Assembly (NCBI GenBank): GCA_002269645.1
Contig: NIVC01000004.1
Span: 186,001 to 250,000 of the forward strand
DNA: 64,000 bases
Reading direction: 5' to 3'
Source of the DNA: Macrostomum lignano
Lineage: Eukaryota
The first letter of the stretch is position 1, and every line of letters starts with the position of its first letter. Shown here in pieces: positions 1-12,677 of this stretch. The translations under genes were made by a program, and so were the position numbers. The notes beneath the pieces are model-generated. The model was not told the DNA's origin and searched no databases. It was given only the letters and a program-made list of their open reading frames with translations.

Positions 1-140
1 GGGTAAAGCAGCTTTATAAGCATACTATTTGTAATAGACTAATAATACTTAACTTGAATGGCGAGGTGCACGAACCCACCCCCGATGTATAAAAGTTATC
101 CGGGCATTTGCTCCGAAACATGCATAAAAACTTGTGTGCT

Positions 141-350
141 TGTCCTGATAAGTGTCAGAGTCTGCGCGCCTGTCCTGATAAGTGTCAGAGTCTGCGCGCC
201 TGTCCTGATAAGTGTCAGAGTCTGCGCGCCTGTCCTGATAAGTGTCAGAGTCTGCGCGCCTGTCCTGATAAGTGTCAGAGTCTGCGCGCCTGTCCTGATA
301 AGTGTCAGAGTCTGCGCGCCTGTCCTGATAAGTGTCAGAGTCTGCGCGCC
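141..350. repeat. 30-bp minisatellite, ~7 copies
   Basis: Unit CTGTCCTGATAAGTGTCAGAGTCTGCGCGC repeated in tandem; explains ORFs 58..366 and 108..476. Confidence 0.95.
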
Positions 351-1099
351 TTTATCCGCAGCTTAGTTTTACTCTTGCAATTCATTTCTAATTGCGTGTT
401 AAAAAGGAACCTGAGAAATTTGCATAAACTGAAGCCACAAAGAAGGGATACATGTAGACACAATAAAGCGAATTAAGACAGGTTCGGGATTCCTGTATAA
501 GTAAGTATTTTGCAATAAAAATTTTTCAATAGCTGATGTGAGAAAAAATGTAAAACTTTTATTTGAGATAATAGCTCATTGTTGCGCATGACTTGCATAA
601 TCTTAAGCAATATTAGGCATTAAAATATTCATGTCATGATAGGCACTGTTGCTTTGAAAACTCTTCTAACCGTAAAATGAGTGAAGTTGTGAAGGCACTA
701 AAAGATCCTTTCACAGTTGTCGATCAGGCGATCAGTTTTCTAAACTTGTTTTTGAAGGCAGCAGCAAGATGCAGAAAAATAAAGAGGGGCATAGTGTGTT
801 GCAAAACAGAGGATGAAGTGAAGCATGTGGATTTCTCATGACGAGAGTTCCATTTATTCAACAGTTGCATCAATTGTTCATTGACTAGATTGACTAGAGC
901 ATCGCTTTAGTAAAGTCATGGCGAGATAGAACTGCTCACTGAGATTCTCTGCAGGGCGAGCCGCACTCAGCAGGCTGATAACTTAATGAACTAAAATTTT
1001 TCCCAGGAAATAGGGCTAAAAATGCGCCACGAAATACGTAAAACCACAGGATTCCTCTTATAAACATTGATTACGCTCGCACCTCAGCATCAACACACT

Positions 1100-2480
1100 G
1101 GATCAGAGGATACCCCAGCATCAAGGATCAGAGGACAACCTCAGACATCAGAGGACGCCCCAGCAGCAAGGATTAGAGGACAACCACAGACATCAGAGGA
1201 CGCCCCAGCATCAAAGATCAGAGGACAACCTCAGACATCAGAGGACGCCCCAGCATCAAGGATCAGAGGACAACCTCAGACATCAGAGGACGCCCCAGCA
1301 TCAAAGATCAGAGGACAACCACATACATCAGAGGACGCCCCAGCATCAAGGATCAGAGGACAACCACAGACATCAGAGGACACCCCAGCAGCATGGATCA
1401 GAGGACAAGCTCAGACATCAGAGGACGCCCCAGAAGCAAGGATCAGAGGACAACCACAGACATCAGAGGACGCCCCAGCATCAAGGATCAGAGGACAACC
1501 ACAGACATCAGAGGACGCCCCAGCAGCAAGGATCAGAGGACAACCACAGACATCAGAGGACGCCCCAGCATCAAGGATCAGAGGACAACCACAGACATCA
1601 GAGGACGCCCCAGCATCAAGGATCAGAGGACAACCACAGACATCAGAGGACGCCCCAGCATCAAGGATCAGAGGACAACCACATACATCAGAGGACGCCC
1701 CAGCATCAAGGATCAGAGGACAACCACAGACATCAGAGGACGCCCCAGCATCAAGGATCAGAGGACAACCACAGACATCAGAGGACGCCCCAGAAGCAAG
1801 GATCAGAGGACAACCACATACATCAGAGGACGCCCCAGCATCAAGGATCAGAGGACAACCACAGACATCAGAGGACACCCCAGCAGCATGGATCAGAGGA
1901 CAACCTCAGACATCAGAGGACGCCCCAGAAGCAAGGATCAGAGGACAACCACAGACATCAGAGGACGCCCCAGCATCAAGGATCAGAGGACAACCACAGA
2001 CATCAGAGGACGCCCCAGCAGCAAGGATCAGAGGACAACCACAGACATCAGAGGACGCCCCAGCATCAAGGATCAGAGGACAACCACAGACATCAGAGGA
2101 CGCCCCAGCAGCAAGGATCAGAGGACAACCACAGACATCAGAGGACGCCCCAGCATCAAGGATCAGAGGACAACCACAGACATCAGAGGACGCCCCAGCA
2201 GCAAGGATCAGAGGACAACCTCAGACATCAGAGGACGCCCCAGCAGCATGGATCAGAGGACAAGCTCAGACATCAGAGGACGCCCCAGCAGCAAGGATCA
2301 GAGGACAACCTCAGACATCAGAGGACGCCCCAGCAGCAAGGATCAGAGGACAACCTCAGACATCAGAGGACGCCCCAGCAGCAAGGATCAGAGGACAACC
2401 TCAGACATCAGAGGACGCCCCAGCAGCAAGGATCAGAGGACAACCTCAGACATCAGAGGACGCCCCAGCAGCATGGATCA
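1100..2480. repeat. 45-bp minisatellite, ~31 copies, ending ~40 bp beyond the stop of the TRIM-NHL gene on -
   Basis: Unit GGATCAGAGGACAACCACAGACATCAGAGGACGCCCCAGCATCAA; gives 15-aa periodic ORFs in several frames. Confidence 0.95.
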
Positions 2481-2521
2481 GCAGTCAGCCCTCGTTTCGC
2501 AGTGGCAGATTTCCCTAACGC

Positions 2522-4990
2522 TCAGGCGTAGGCAAACTGTCGCAGCTGGCCGTCCTGCTGCGCCACCCAGAGGTGCCCGCCGGTGTCGAAGCAGCAGGCC
2601 CTCGGCGCCCGAAGTCCGTCAGCGGCGGTCAGGGCGTATCGGACGAAGCTGCCGCAGGCGTCCAGCAGGTGCACCCGGTGATTGGCAGCATCGGGCACCA
2701 GTACCTGGCCGGCCGGATCGCAGGCGGGTGCGCCCGGCCCGTTGAACTCGCCGAAGCTGTGGCCCTGCCGGCCGTGCTTCTTCATGAAGGCGCCGGTCTC
2801 GCTGAACACAAAGCAGCAGTGCTCGAACGGATCCACGATGAACAGGCAGCCGCTGACTGGGTTCAGCAGGCCGAAGCGCGGCTTCGCCATCAGGCCCATG
2901 TGCTGCAGCTGCACGGACTCCGGCCTCGACCTCTCAAGCCGGCCCTCGGGCGACACCCGCAGCCATTCCACGGTGCGGTAGAGGCTGTCCACTACGCCGA
3001 TTTCGCCGTCGCGGCCGGCGAATGCGCAGTCGCAGCTGTGGCAGGGCAGCAGCGAGCGGCCCATGCCGTTCTCGCTGAACAGCACCGCCTTGTTGTCGCC
3101 TGGTTGGTGTGGGAATTTTAATGAATTTCCTGCATTTTTAACTCCTTTTTGAGGCGTTCTACTTATAGTAGACTACTAGTGCAGGCGCAGTACAATATTT
3201 CAATAGGGAAAATTATCCGATCCGCCTCTCCCTCACTGGGGTCGCAGACTACCACGCAGCCTCCGCCGACAGGCACAACGTCGCCGGGAAACGCCAGCTG
3301 ATAGTGGCCGCCGCCAACGAAGCAACGCACAACTCGTCCGTCGTTCCCGAACACCTTGACCTTGAGGTTGGCAGAGTCTGACACCACCAGGTTGCCGTTG
3401 TCGCAGCAGGCGAGGCCCTCCACGCAGGTTGCCGCTTTGTCCAGCACGTGTCGCGCGGTGAAGGAGACCATGCGCTGGAACGGGTCCATGGCCGGTTCCA
3501 GAGACACTTCGCCGAACTTTTCGAGGTCGGACAGCAAAGCCAGGGTTTTCTCGTTCCATCGAAGCCGAAGGCGAACCTGAAATTGACGTTTAGTTCATTG
3601 GACAGGGACAGGTAAGTGAGCAGCGGAAAGATAAGACAGGTGAGTGAGCAGCGGAGAGATAAGACAGGTGAGTGAGCAGCGGAGAGATAAGACAGGTGAG
3701 TGGGTAGCGGAGAGATAAGACAGGTGAGTGAGTAGCGGAGAGATAAGACAGGTGAGTGAGTAGCGGAGAGATAAGACAGGTGAGTGAGTAGCGGAGAGAT
3801 AAGACAGGTGAGTGAGCAGCGGAGAGATAAGACAGGTGAGTGAGTAGCGGAGAGATAAGACAGGTGAGTGAGTAGCGGAGAGATAAGACAGGTGAGTGAG
3901 TAGCGGAGAGATAAGACAGGTGAGTGAGTAGCGGAGAGATAAGACAGGTGAGTGAGTAGCGGAGAGATAAGACAGGTGAATGAGCAGCGGAGAGATAAGA
4001 CGGACTCAGAGGGGAACACAAAATCAGGCGCGAACCCGGCCAGGCGGGGTGAGGCTGGGAATGTTCCGCTTGGCCTCTATGAGCTTCATCCTGGTCTTCT
4101 CCTCCAGCTTGAACAGATTTTCGGAGCGTAGGCAGGCCGCCAAATCGTTGCGCATCTCGGCCTGCGGGCGCACCATATCCTTGTAGGTGCGCCAGGACTC
4201 CAGGGCGGCGTCGTGCTCGGATAGAACCGGCCGGGCGGCGGCGTCCACACCGGAACAGAGGGCCTCGCGCAGCTCGTCAAGGCGATCGTGCAGCTCCGAC
4301 ACCTTCTGACTAATGGACTCCTTCATGGCGGCGCTCTCCTACAAAGGGTCAAGCATGGATAACTGAAGTTTCTGATAGAAGTAGGCTTTTTTCTTAGAAA
4401 TAACCTGGAGTCCGGAAAGGAACGCATGTTTGTCGCATTGCCAGTGCATTAGAGTAAGTTTTTGCTCCAGGATGGCTCAGATATATCTTGATGATACTTA
4501 TAGACATAAAAAGCGGAAGTTTTTTCTGGACACGGACCGCAACGAGCATCTCCCTCCGACTGGTCGCGGTCTCCATAGCCTTCTCCAGGGAAACCTGGAT
4601 GTCGCCGAACTGCGACACCGCGCCGGCCAGATTGTCGAACTTTTCCTCAACAGCGGCCGCGTGGCTGATGACGTCATGGCCTTCGTGCGCCACCAGGCAA
4701 AGGGTGCATATCTTCGAGGCGCAGTCGCGGCAGTAGAAACGAAAGCTCTCAGTCTCGTGCTCAGGATTGTCGCAGGACAGGTGGTACTGGGCATCCTCCA
4801 GCTTCTGCTCCAGGTACATCTGACGAAGCTTGTAGCCGAGGATGCTGGGAATGCTGCCCGAGAGGATGTCGTTTTGAAATGCATAGTGACTGTCAATGAG
4901 ACGGCAGGAGGCTGAGTTAAAGTCCTCCATCTCCAAGTCCATTGTGTCCAGCGAGGCTTTGTCTTCAACTGTGGCGGCTGGCTTTGCCAT
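2522..4990 (-). CDS. RING-less TRIM-NHL-type protein (B-box, coiled coil, NHL beta-propeller), ~557 aa, 4 exons
   Basis: Exons 4990-4538, 4338-4036, 3576-3237 and 3099-2522 join in frame through GT-AG introns (1674 nt). B-box CDNPEH..FYCRDCASKICTLCLVAHEGH; NHL motifs FNGPGAPACDPAGQVLVPDAANHRVHLLD and GNLVVSDSANLKVKVF. The exon 1 donor could be 6 nt further on. Confidence 0.8.
3606..4000. repeat. 28-bp intronic minisatellite, ~14 copies
   Basis: Unit GACAGGTGAGTGAGTAGCGGAGAGATAA in intron 2 of the - strand TRIM-NHL gene. Confidence 0.95.
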
Positions 4991-6431
4991 TATGAAACTT
5001 AAATTTTATTTTTGCTCCAGTTATAATATCAGCATTAACTTAATATTTTTTGCGGAATACTGATCTGCCTTCTACGCTACTTGTGGAACGCTCATTAGAA
5101 CAATCACTGCACTAATAATAAGTTGTACTAAAAATTTGTACAGTTTATGTCAACTGCACGTATTCTTCGCAGTAAAGAATGTCAGAAACACATTTGGAAT
5201 AAATGAAGCAAATACTAATTCTTTCCTTTATCTACTGAACAATGCTGAAATGATAGTTTGGTTTTTTTAACACTCGTTCTTTATTGAGTAGATCCACATT
5301 GCCTTGACTTTTAAAATAAGCGATAAGTCATTTTTTGACACTGTATTGAAAAATTAATTATAATTGAGCTAACTATTGTATACGCTCGTTTTGTACAATT
5401 AAAAAGTATCTAAAAACATCTAACATAGCTTAATAAGATAATATGGCTTAACATCTCTAAGATAATAGTTTCACCTAGTAAAATCATTGCTAACACCTTT
5501 AAAAAAGATCTAGTTAAAAAAGTTTTCGTGATGATGACTATATTTAAGAGCTACGATACAACATTAAACAAAAATTTAGCTGAATGATGTATCTTGAATA
5601 TTATTAATAAAACGATTTTAGGAGTAAAAAATAACAATTTACTGGGAATTCTATCTATATTTCTATACATTTAAACTTCAACAGAAATTGAGTTAAAGAT
5701 CGACGAAATCTAAATTAACGGCGCTCGAGTTAAGACGCTGCAATGCTGTCTGTTTAGTTTACGAGAAACGAAATTATAATTTGAGCTCAAAGTTTTAAGT
5801 TAAATAAACACCTAGTAGAAAATGAGTCATTCTTTTTATTAATTAGGGTCACAAATTAAAATTTAAAAATCTTAAAAAGACAAATAAAAAGGAAGTCGAT
5901 TTTTTAAACTAAGCAACTGTAAACAGAAAAATTAATCATTTTGTTTTATATGCGCTAAAAACCGTGATTTATCTTTTGATATCTGCACCCACCCACCTGA
6001 TCTGGTCCGAGGATGACTGGTTAATGACATTTCTGCTTCATTTTTGTCACCCATTGGTCAAATTTTGTATGATAATGTTACTCTTTATTTATTTTTACAA
6101 TTCGAAACGGGTTAACGCTGAAAAAGGTTGCTTCATTCTACAACCAACGCCTTAACGATTTTGGCAAACATGGAAAACTTCTTCAGTTGTCTATCATGCT
6201 AAAGAAGTTATTATTTATATTCAACACTTCAAAAAGAATTGATTATTCGTATACTTTTCTGAAAAAGTCAAACTAATACCTTCCGCCTGTTACTCTTGTT
6301 ATATTGTCGGAGGCGTTTACGATCTGCGTCTGGGTAACATTAGCGCGAAATTAAAAACTTTTTCTCAGTTTTAATTTTGAAACAATTTTTATATTGGTAT
6401 TTAGTTCCTTATTAGAAGATTTTCTTGTTTA

Positions 6432-9400
6432 ATGGAAATCGACGAGTTTCAATCCACTGTGACAAAGAGTGCCAGTAGTGGCGCTGATTGCGAAATGAAT
6501 CTTAAAAACTTAATTGCCGAGTGCACATGTCCTGTGTGCCAGGGGTTAATGGAACGTCCTCAAAAGCTACGCTGTTGTCATTCTCTCTGTCAGCGATGTC
6601 TACGCCGTCTTCGTCGTCGCTCCCTTCGTAATGGTGGCCTTTTATGTCCCGTTTGTCGCGAGAAATCTGATCCGGAGCACCCTGCGCAGTCTGATACCAC
6701 TGTAGAAACATTAGTATCGACTCTTCTTCAAGTAAAAGCGGATCTTTGTCAAGAATCCGATTGTTGGCAGAAGCCAGAAACCCGCTGCCCTGCCTGCAGT
6801 ACACTCCGCTGCCGGGAGCACCACAGTAGCCGTTTAGTTGAACTTAGACAAGATTGTATTAAAGTGTGCGAATCGGCTGAATCTTTTTCTAGCAATGGTT
6901 ACATTGATGAGCGACTCAATGCACTGAATTCAGCTGAAACTTCACTGAAGACATTGCAAAATGAAATGCAGGCTAAATTAGAAGCAAAGTTTCTAGTCTG
7001 CAAAAAACAAATAGAGGAGCATCGACTATTGCTAGCAAAACAACAAGCTGAGTTAAATCCAATGCTTAATAATCTTAAATCAACATTGGAAGAATTAAAA
7101 ATGCTACAGGTATGTATTTTCCCATAGCTAATTATGAAGTGATATTGTGTCCTGTCTTACTAGGTCTTAGACTTTTTAGTCTTGTTTTAAATTAAGGCAT
7201 ATATTTTATTATATTGAATATTGTAATTAAAATATAGCCATAGGCCTATTGGTTTACTGAGGACAATCAGTGATTTAGAAATGACCCACAAGAGGAATTG
7301 TAGCTATGCCTATACTATAGTTTATTGTTAGACCTATATTATATATTTTTCAATATACAAGTAAAATATGTTTTGATTTTTGGTAAAAAATTTAATATAA
7401 GATTTAACTTTAGATTTAGACTATTTTTAGTTGGCCTATAGTATAGTATATAGAAAATATATAATAATATAATTTAAAAATGTATAGTTTTTTCAATATA
7501 AATATAATCAAAATAAAAATATATTTAAGTAACTATGATAAAAAACATGGTAGGATATAGCTTCCTTGTATAAGGCAACATATATTACTGAAAAAAATTG
7601 AAAAATATGCTAAAATTTATACCTTAGTTAGAAAATCTAATTTTTTTAGATTTATCACCCTCTTGCATTTGAACAAAAATATTTTAACTTTGAATTAGTA
7701 AAAAATTTTAAAAATAATATATAGAATAGAAACAACTAGATTTGTAAAGTATACACATGTTGTAACATGAATTTTAACAAATGTGGTAACATTGTTACTG
7801 TATAAAACCCTAACTTAAGTTAAAACCTTTATCATAATACTGTATACTATAAATTTATATTCTTGCTAAGTCTTGCTAAGCTTGTTGGTTTGCTATGGCT
7901 GCCTGCTTGCTTTTTACAAATTTATGAGGCTAATGCAATGTAAAAGAGTTCATACTCAAGATTCTATCGAATCCACAAAATCAATCAGGTTTTATGATCC
8001 AATTTCCCTGGTGATTTGCACTCGAATTTACCCTGCCTGTCATCCCAGGTCACAAATAACTTCGCCGCCATGCACGAAGTTGAAGATCGCCTGCGGCAGT
8101 TGCTAAGCAACGCGCGTCGGCTGCATCCTCCGGCGGAGATTCTGCCGCCGCCAGCTGTCAAGGACTGCCTGCCCGGCCTGGATGCAGCTCTGGCCCGAGT
8201 CCGCGTGGACACCGTGGCCCGGCCGTATGGAGTCGGCGACGGCCTCGCCAAGTTGCGCCGCAGGCAAGCGACTCGCCCGCTGCAGCCCTGGGACCTGGCG
8301 CTCATCACCAACTTGGAGGGCGTCTATGTGAAGGGTGAGCCGTGGGTTTTGGGGTGCTAGAATGGGGATTTCGGGGTGCTAGAATGGGGATTTCGGGGGT
8401 GCTAGAATGGGGATTTCGGGGGTGCTAGAATGGGGATTTCGGGGGTTCTAGAATGGGGATTTCAGGTGTTCTAGAATGGGGATTTCGGGTGTGCTAGAAT
8501 GGGGATTTCGGGAGTGCTAGGTTGGGGTTTTGGGGTTGAATTCGGGTGCGCTTTCTCACTGGAGTGCACAGGGCTGCAAGTCCCAGTGGTTGAAGCCCAT
8601 GTTTTGCTCTCCTACCCAGACGACTGCCTCGCAATCGGCGAGATGCCAGCCGGCGGGGGCAGACGGCTGCCTGAGAGATGCACCTGCCTGCTGCTGGTGA
8701 ACTTCAAAGGATTTGCCACGAAGCGTCTGCACGCCTTCAACGGCTCCGACGGCGGCCGCAGCGGCGAGGTGGCCAGCGTCTGCTTGGACCTGCCGTCTGG
8801 CGAGATGGCCGGCAAAATCACCGTGTGCAACAGGCGGCAGCTCATCTTCGCCAGCGAGCCAACGGAGCACTGCGTGTTCGTCTGCAGCCTGGCCGGCAAA
8901 CTGCTCGCCAGATTCGGCAAGCGGGGCAGCGAGACCGGCCAGTTCAACGAGCCAATGAGCCTCTTTGCCTGGTCTGTGCCTTCTGAATGCGCAGCTTTGC
9001 TCACTGATGCGTGCGGTGCTCGCTAGTGAAATATTGAAATAACATTCAGAGAGTTCTTGGGGGTGCACGTCTAGGAGATGGAGGTGGTGGGCTGGGGAGA
9101 TGCAGATACGTGATATTCAGGTGATATGAGAGATGTACAGGAAGACATGATAGGTGTACATGAAGACGCATGAGAGGTGTACAGGTAGACACATGAGACT
9201 GTACAGGTAGACGCATGAGAGGTGTACAGGTAGACACATGAGAAGTGTACAGGTAGACGCATGAGAGGTGTACAAGTAAACACGAGAAGTGTACAGGTAG
9301 ACACATGAGAGGTGTACAAGAAGACACGAGACGTGTACAGGTAGACGCATGAGAGGTGTACAGGTAGACACATGAGAGTTGCAGTCAACAGGATATTTCC

Positions 9401-10075
9401 CCAATCTCACCCGCCCGCAGCGATGAGGGCCTGCTGTACGTGGTGGACAGCGAGAACAAGCGGGTGCAGCTGTTCAATCTGGATGACAACTACAAGTACG
9501 TGGACAAGCTGGAACACCCGAAGTTCACCCGCCACGTGCACGGCGTTTTTGTTGGCGCCGAGTGCGCCGTGGTTGGGGACCGCGAGAGTCACCGGCTGTT
9601 CACTTTCGACAGGCGGACTCGACAGCCGCTGCTGGAGGTGGCGCTCCGCGGCCAGCCGTTCGACATGGTCGGCGACCAGTTCGGCAACGTGCTGGTGAGC
9701 GTGTCGGACCGGCGCTGTGTCTGCGTCTTCAGCCACAGCCTCGCCGCCGCGCTCTACACTGTGCGCCTGCAGACCGACCGTTCCGACGGTGCCGCCGTTG
9801 TCCGCGCCCTGCCGCTTTCGGCAGCCACCGAGCCTGACAATGCCGACGCCACCGCCGACGGCGACGCTGGTGGCAACGGTGGCGGCTCGGACTCCTCCAG
9901 CGACGATGACGACACGGCGCCGCTGCGTCGACTGCTCGGTGGCGTCGCTAGGGCGGCCGGCAAGAAGCCACTGATCCACGGCTTGGCCTTTCACCCCGGC
10001 ACTGGCCGCCTGTTCGTTGCCGACACTTTCCGCTCCGCTGTGCTCACCTTCGACATGCCGACAGCTTCGTCTTGA
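6432..10075 (+). CDS. TRIM-NHL protein (RING, B-box-like, coiled coil, NHL repeats), ~672 aa, 4 exons
   Basis: Exons 6432-7109, 8049-8334, 8572-8971 and 9421-10075 join in frame (2019 nt). C3HC4 RING CPVC..CCHSLCQRC..CPVC; NHL motif GQFNEPMSLFAC|DEGLLYVVDSENKRVQLF is rebuilt across intron 3. Confidence 0.85.
8351..8523. repeat. ~22-bp intronic minisatellite
   Basis: Unit ~GGGTGCTAGAATGGGGATTTCG in intron 2 of the + TRIM-NHL gene. Confidence 0.9.
9128..9376. repeat. ~23-bp intronic minisatellite (degenerate)
   Basis: Unit ~GAGAGGTGTACAGGTAGACACAT in intron 3. Confidence 0.85.
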
Positions 10076-10317
10076 TGGCCTCCTTGGGTTTTTGGCGTCT
10101 AGCCGCGGCTCCCCATTCACAACTTGTTGACTTGCATGTTTGGTATTCTTGGCTTCTGAGTCAGCAGTCAGGATTTAATTTGTGGTCTTTTGTAATCTAC
10201 ATATTTCTGGATAGAATGGAAGATTGAGAAATTCGGTGCTAATCTATCAATTATGAGTATTGTCAAATCCCATGAATTATTGTGTGAAATACTATAAATC
10301 ATGGTCAGACTCTGAGT

Positions 10318-10812
10318 ATCACAGTGAGATTCACTGGAATCATAGTGAGATTCACCGGAATCATAGTGAGATCCGCTGGAATCACAGTGAGATTCACCGG
10401 AATCATAGTGAGATTCACCGGAATCACAGTGAGATTCACCGGAATCACAGTGAGATTCACCGGAATCACAATGAGATTCACCGGAATCACAGTGAGATTC
10501 ACCGGAATCACAGTGAGATCCGTTGGAATCACAGTGAGATTCACCGGAATCACAGTGAGATTCACCGGAATCACAGTGAGATTCACCGGAATCACAGTGA
10601 GATTCACCGAAATCACAGTGAGATTCACCGGAATCATAGTGAGATTCACCGGAATCATAGTGAGATCCGTTGGAATCACAGTGAGATTCACCGGAATCAC
10701 AGTGAGATTCACCGGAATCACAGTGAGATTCACCGGAATCACAGTGAGATTCACCGGAATCACAGTGAGATTCACCGGAATCACAGTGAGATTCACCGGA
10801 ACCACTGCGAGA
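10318..10812. repeat. 21-bp minisatellite, ~23 copies
   Basis: Unit CACAGTGAGATTCACCGGAAT. Confidence 0.95.
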
Positions 10813-12677
10813 TTCTTAAAAATTCGCGAAATTTTCAGTTTTAATATTTATCCCGAAGATTAATTAGCTTTTTTATTTAATCTGTTGAATTGTTCCAATT
10901 GCCGGACGAGACTGAGCTGAAGTTTTCCGGATTGTCGCCTGCATTGAGCGGCAATGAACTGAATGCGTTGGTTTTCAAACACTTTACCCAGATTGGTATC
11001 TCTGCCTTGCTGTCTTGGGCACCAGCCCGTTGTTGTACTGTCTACCCCGCTATCAACGTGCAGCCAAAGCCAATGTCTACTTAACCAGGTTGCTCTTCAA
11101 ACGCGATCTTCTGCTATCCCATTTGCTGTCAGTTTTCAATATATAAACTCCAATGATTTTTTAAAAATCGCGTATTATTGTTCTAAATTTCTTACAAGAG
11201 AATTTTTTCAGTTTTATTTTCTTACCTTCTGCTTACAGTAGTCAGCGGCGAGTATTGGTATCTATTAGCGTCCGTAAGCGCCTGTAGATTATTTTAATTT
11301 ACTTTAAAAAGTTGTCTAACTACCCCAGAGAGTCACTCAACTGTCTAAGAGAATCACTCGACTGCCCCAGAGAATCACTAAACTGCTTCAAAAATCATTC
11401 ATCTACCTCAGCATCACTCAGCTACCCGAGAGAAGCATTCAACTAATCCCAGAGAGTGGCTCATCTAGCTTGAGAATCTGACTTAATTTAAGCGTTTTGA
11501 GGCAAAATCGTGAGCTGAAGAGCAATGTATCTCACTAGCAGCGGTCCTTCATTCTGGCTGCTAAAGGGCTGCTATTACCATTTTGAGCCTTTTGGATGCC
11601 ATGAAACTGGCATTAAGAAGCCAACGTCAATTGTGATTTATGAGTGCCAGCCTACCACTCGGTGTTTTTCAATGAGAATTTTGTAACTGCGGCAAATTGC
11701 ACGAGACTGCAAAAAAGTCTGCTAATGGCCTGCCTTCGACCCATTGAGAAAGAGATTGCATTTTCCAGACTCGGCTCTCATCTCTTCTACTCTTGTCAAG
11801 TGGCAGCCGGGTGCGCTGTCGGGCCCCACCCCGTCCCTCTCTCCGCTTGTCTCTGACAGCTTTGACAAGCGGCTTTGGCGCAGAGTTGCGAGGAGGCGCG
11901 CAGAGGCTTCCGCCTGATTGACGAGGGCTTTTAGAAAGAGAGGGGGGGGGGCGGCGGCACCGCAGCCTGCGGCTGTGTGCTCTTGCCGGTAGCTCAGCTT
12001 TCATAGCAGCGTGCGGCCGTGTCAGTGGGCTTGCGTGACACCTCTTGGCTGGTGTTTGAGTGAGCTGACAGCCTCAGCAGGAGGGCTGCTCGGCTCTCCG
12101 AGAGTTTCGAACAGGGAGGGGGCACAGATAAAGAAGCTGGGCTGCTATTGATGAAGAGCCCATTGTTGAGCCTTGAGTAGGCAGCTTCACCTGTCTGTGG
12201 GGCGCGTCGGGGGGGGGGCGAATGAAACCGAGCGAGAAGCGGGCCGAGGCTGCGGGCTCGGCATTGAGTAGAGAGTTATTAGACTCAAAACTACCGTTCA
12301 ACTGCTGTCAAAAAGGCTCTCCAAACAGTCGAGAGGTGTTCAGCTCGGCCCGCAGATTGGCTGGCTCGCGTCTCCAAGGGCTTGTCGCGAATATTTGAGC
12401 AGCTCTCGTTTGACAGGCCGCTGGGCCAGACTCGAGATTGGCGGCATCGTTTGGGGGGACCGCGGCCGTTCTTCTGTCTATTTTTTGCTGCTTTTTTCTT
12501 ATTTCTGTGTCAACACAGCCAAGCTGCTGCATTTTTCGGCGGCTGTCAAAGAAGCTCTTTTAAGTCTCAAGCGCCGCCATCGAATCGCCCGCCGCAAGAG
12601 GGAAGCTCTCTCTCTCACTCTCTCTCTTTCTCTCTCTAACTGTGGTCTCCCGGCTGATCTCCGAGCTGCTTCAGGAA

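Noticed and set aside
676-850. Short open frames in the AT-rich region (e.g. minus-strand PLFIFLHLAAAFKNKFRKL, reminiscent of a GPCR tail)
   Set aside because: Too short, no convincing motif, no supporting exons in the window.
1067-2745. Long periodic ORFs (483 aa and 450 aa), and the many similar ORFs over other arrays
   Set aside because: They coincide with tandem arrays, are open in several frames or strands because the units lack stops, and mostly lie in introns of genes that splice cleanly without them.
8344-8536. 12-bp direct repeat GGGTTTTGGGGT flanking the array
   Set aside because: It is a degenerate version of the repeat unit, so it indicates local slippage origin rather than a target-site duplication.
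11795-11801. TCAAGTG NK2-binding site upstream of the NK2 gene (autoregulation)
   Set aside because: A single 7-mer is expected by chance; it needs conservation data.
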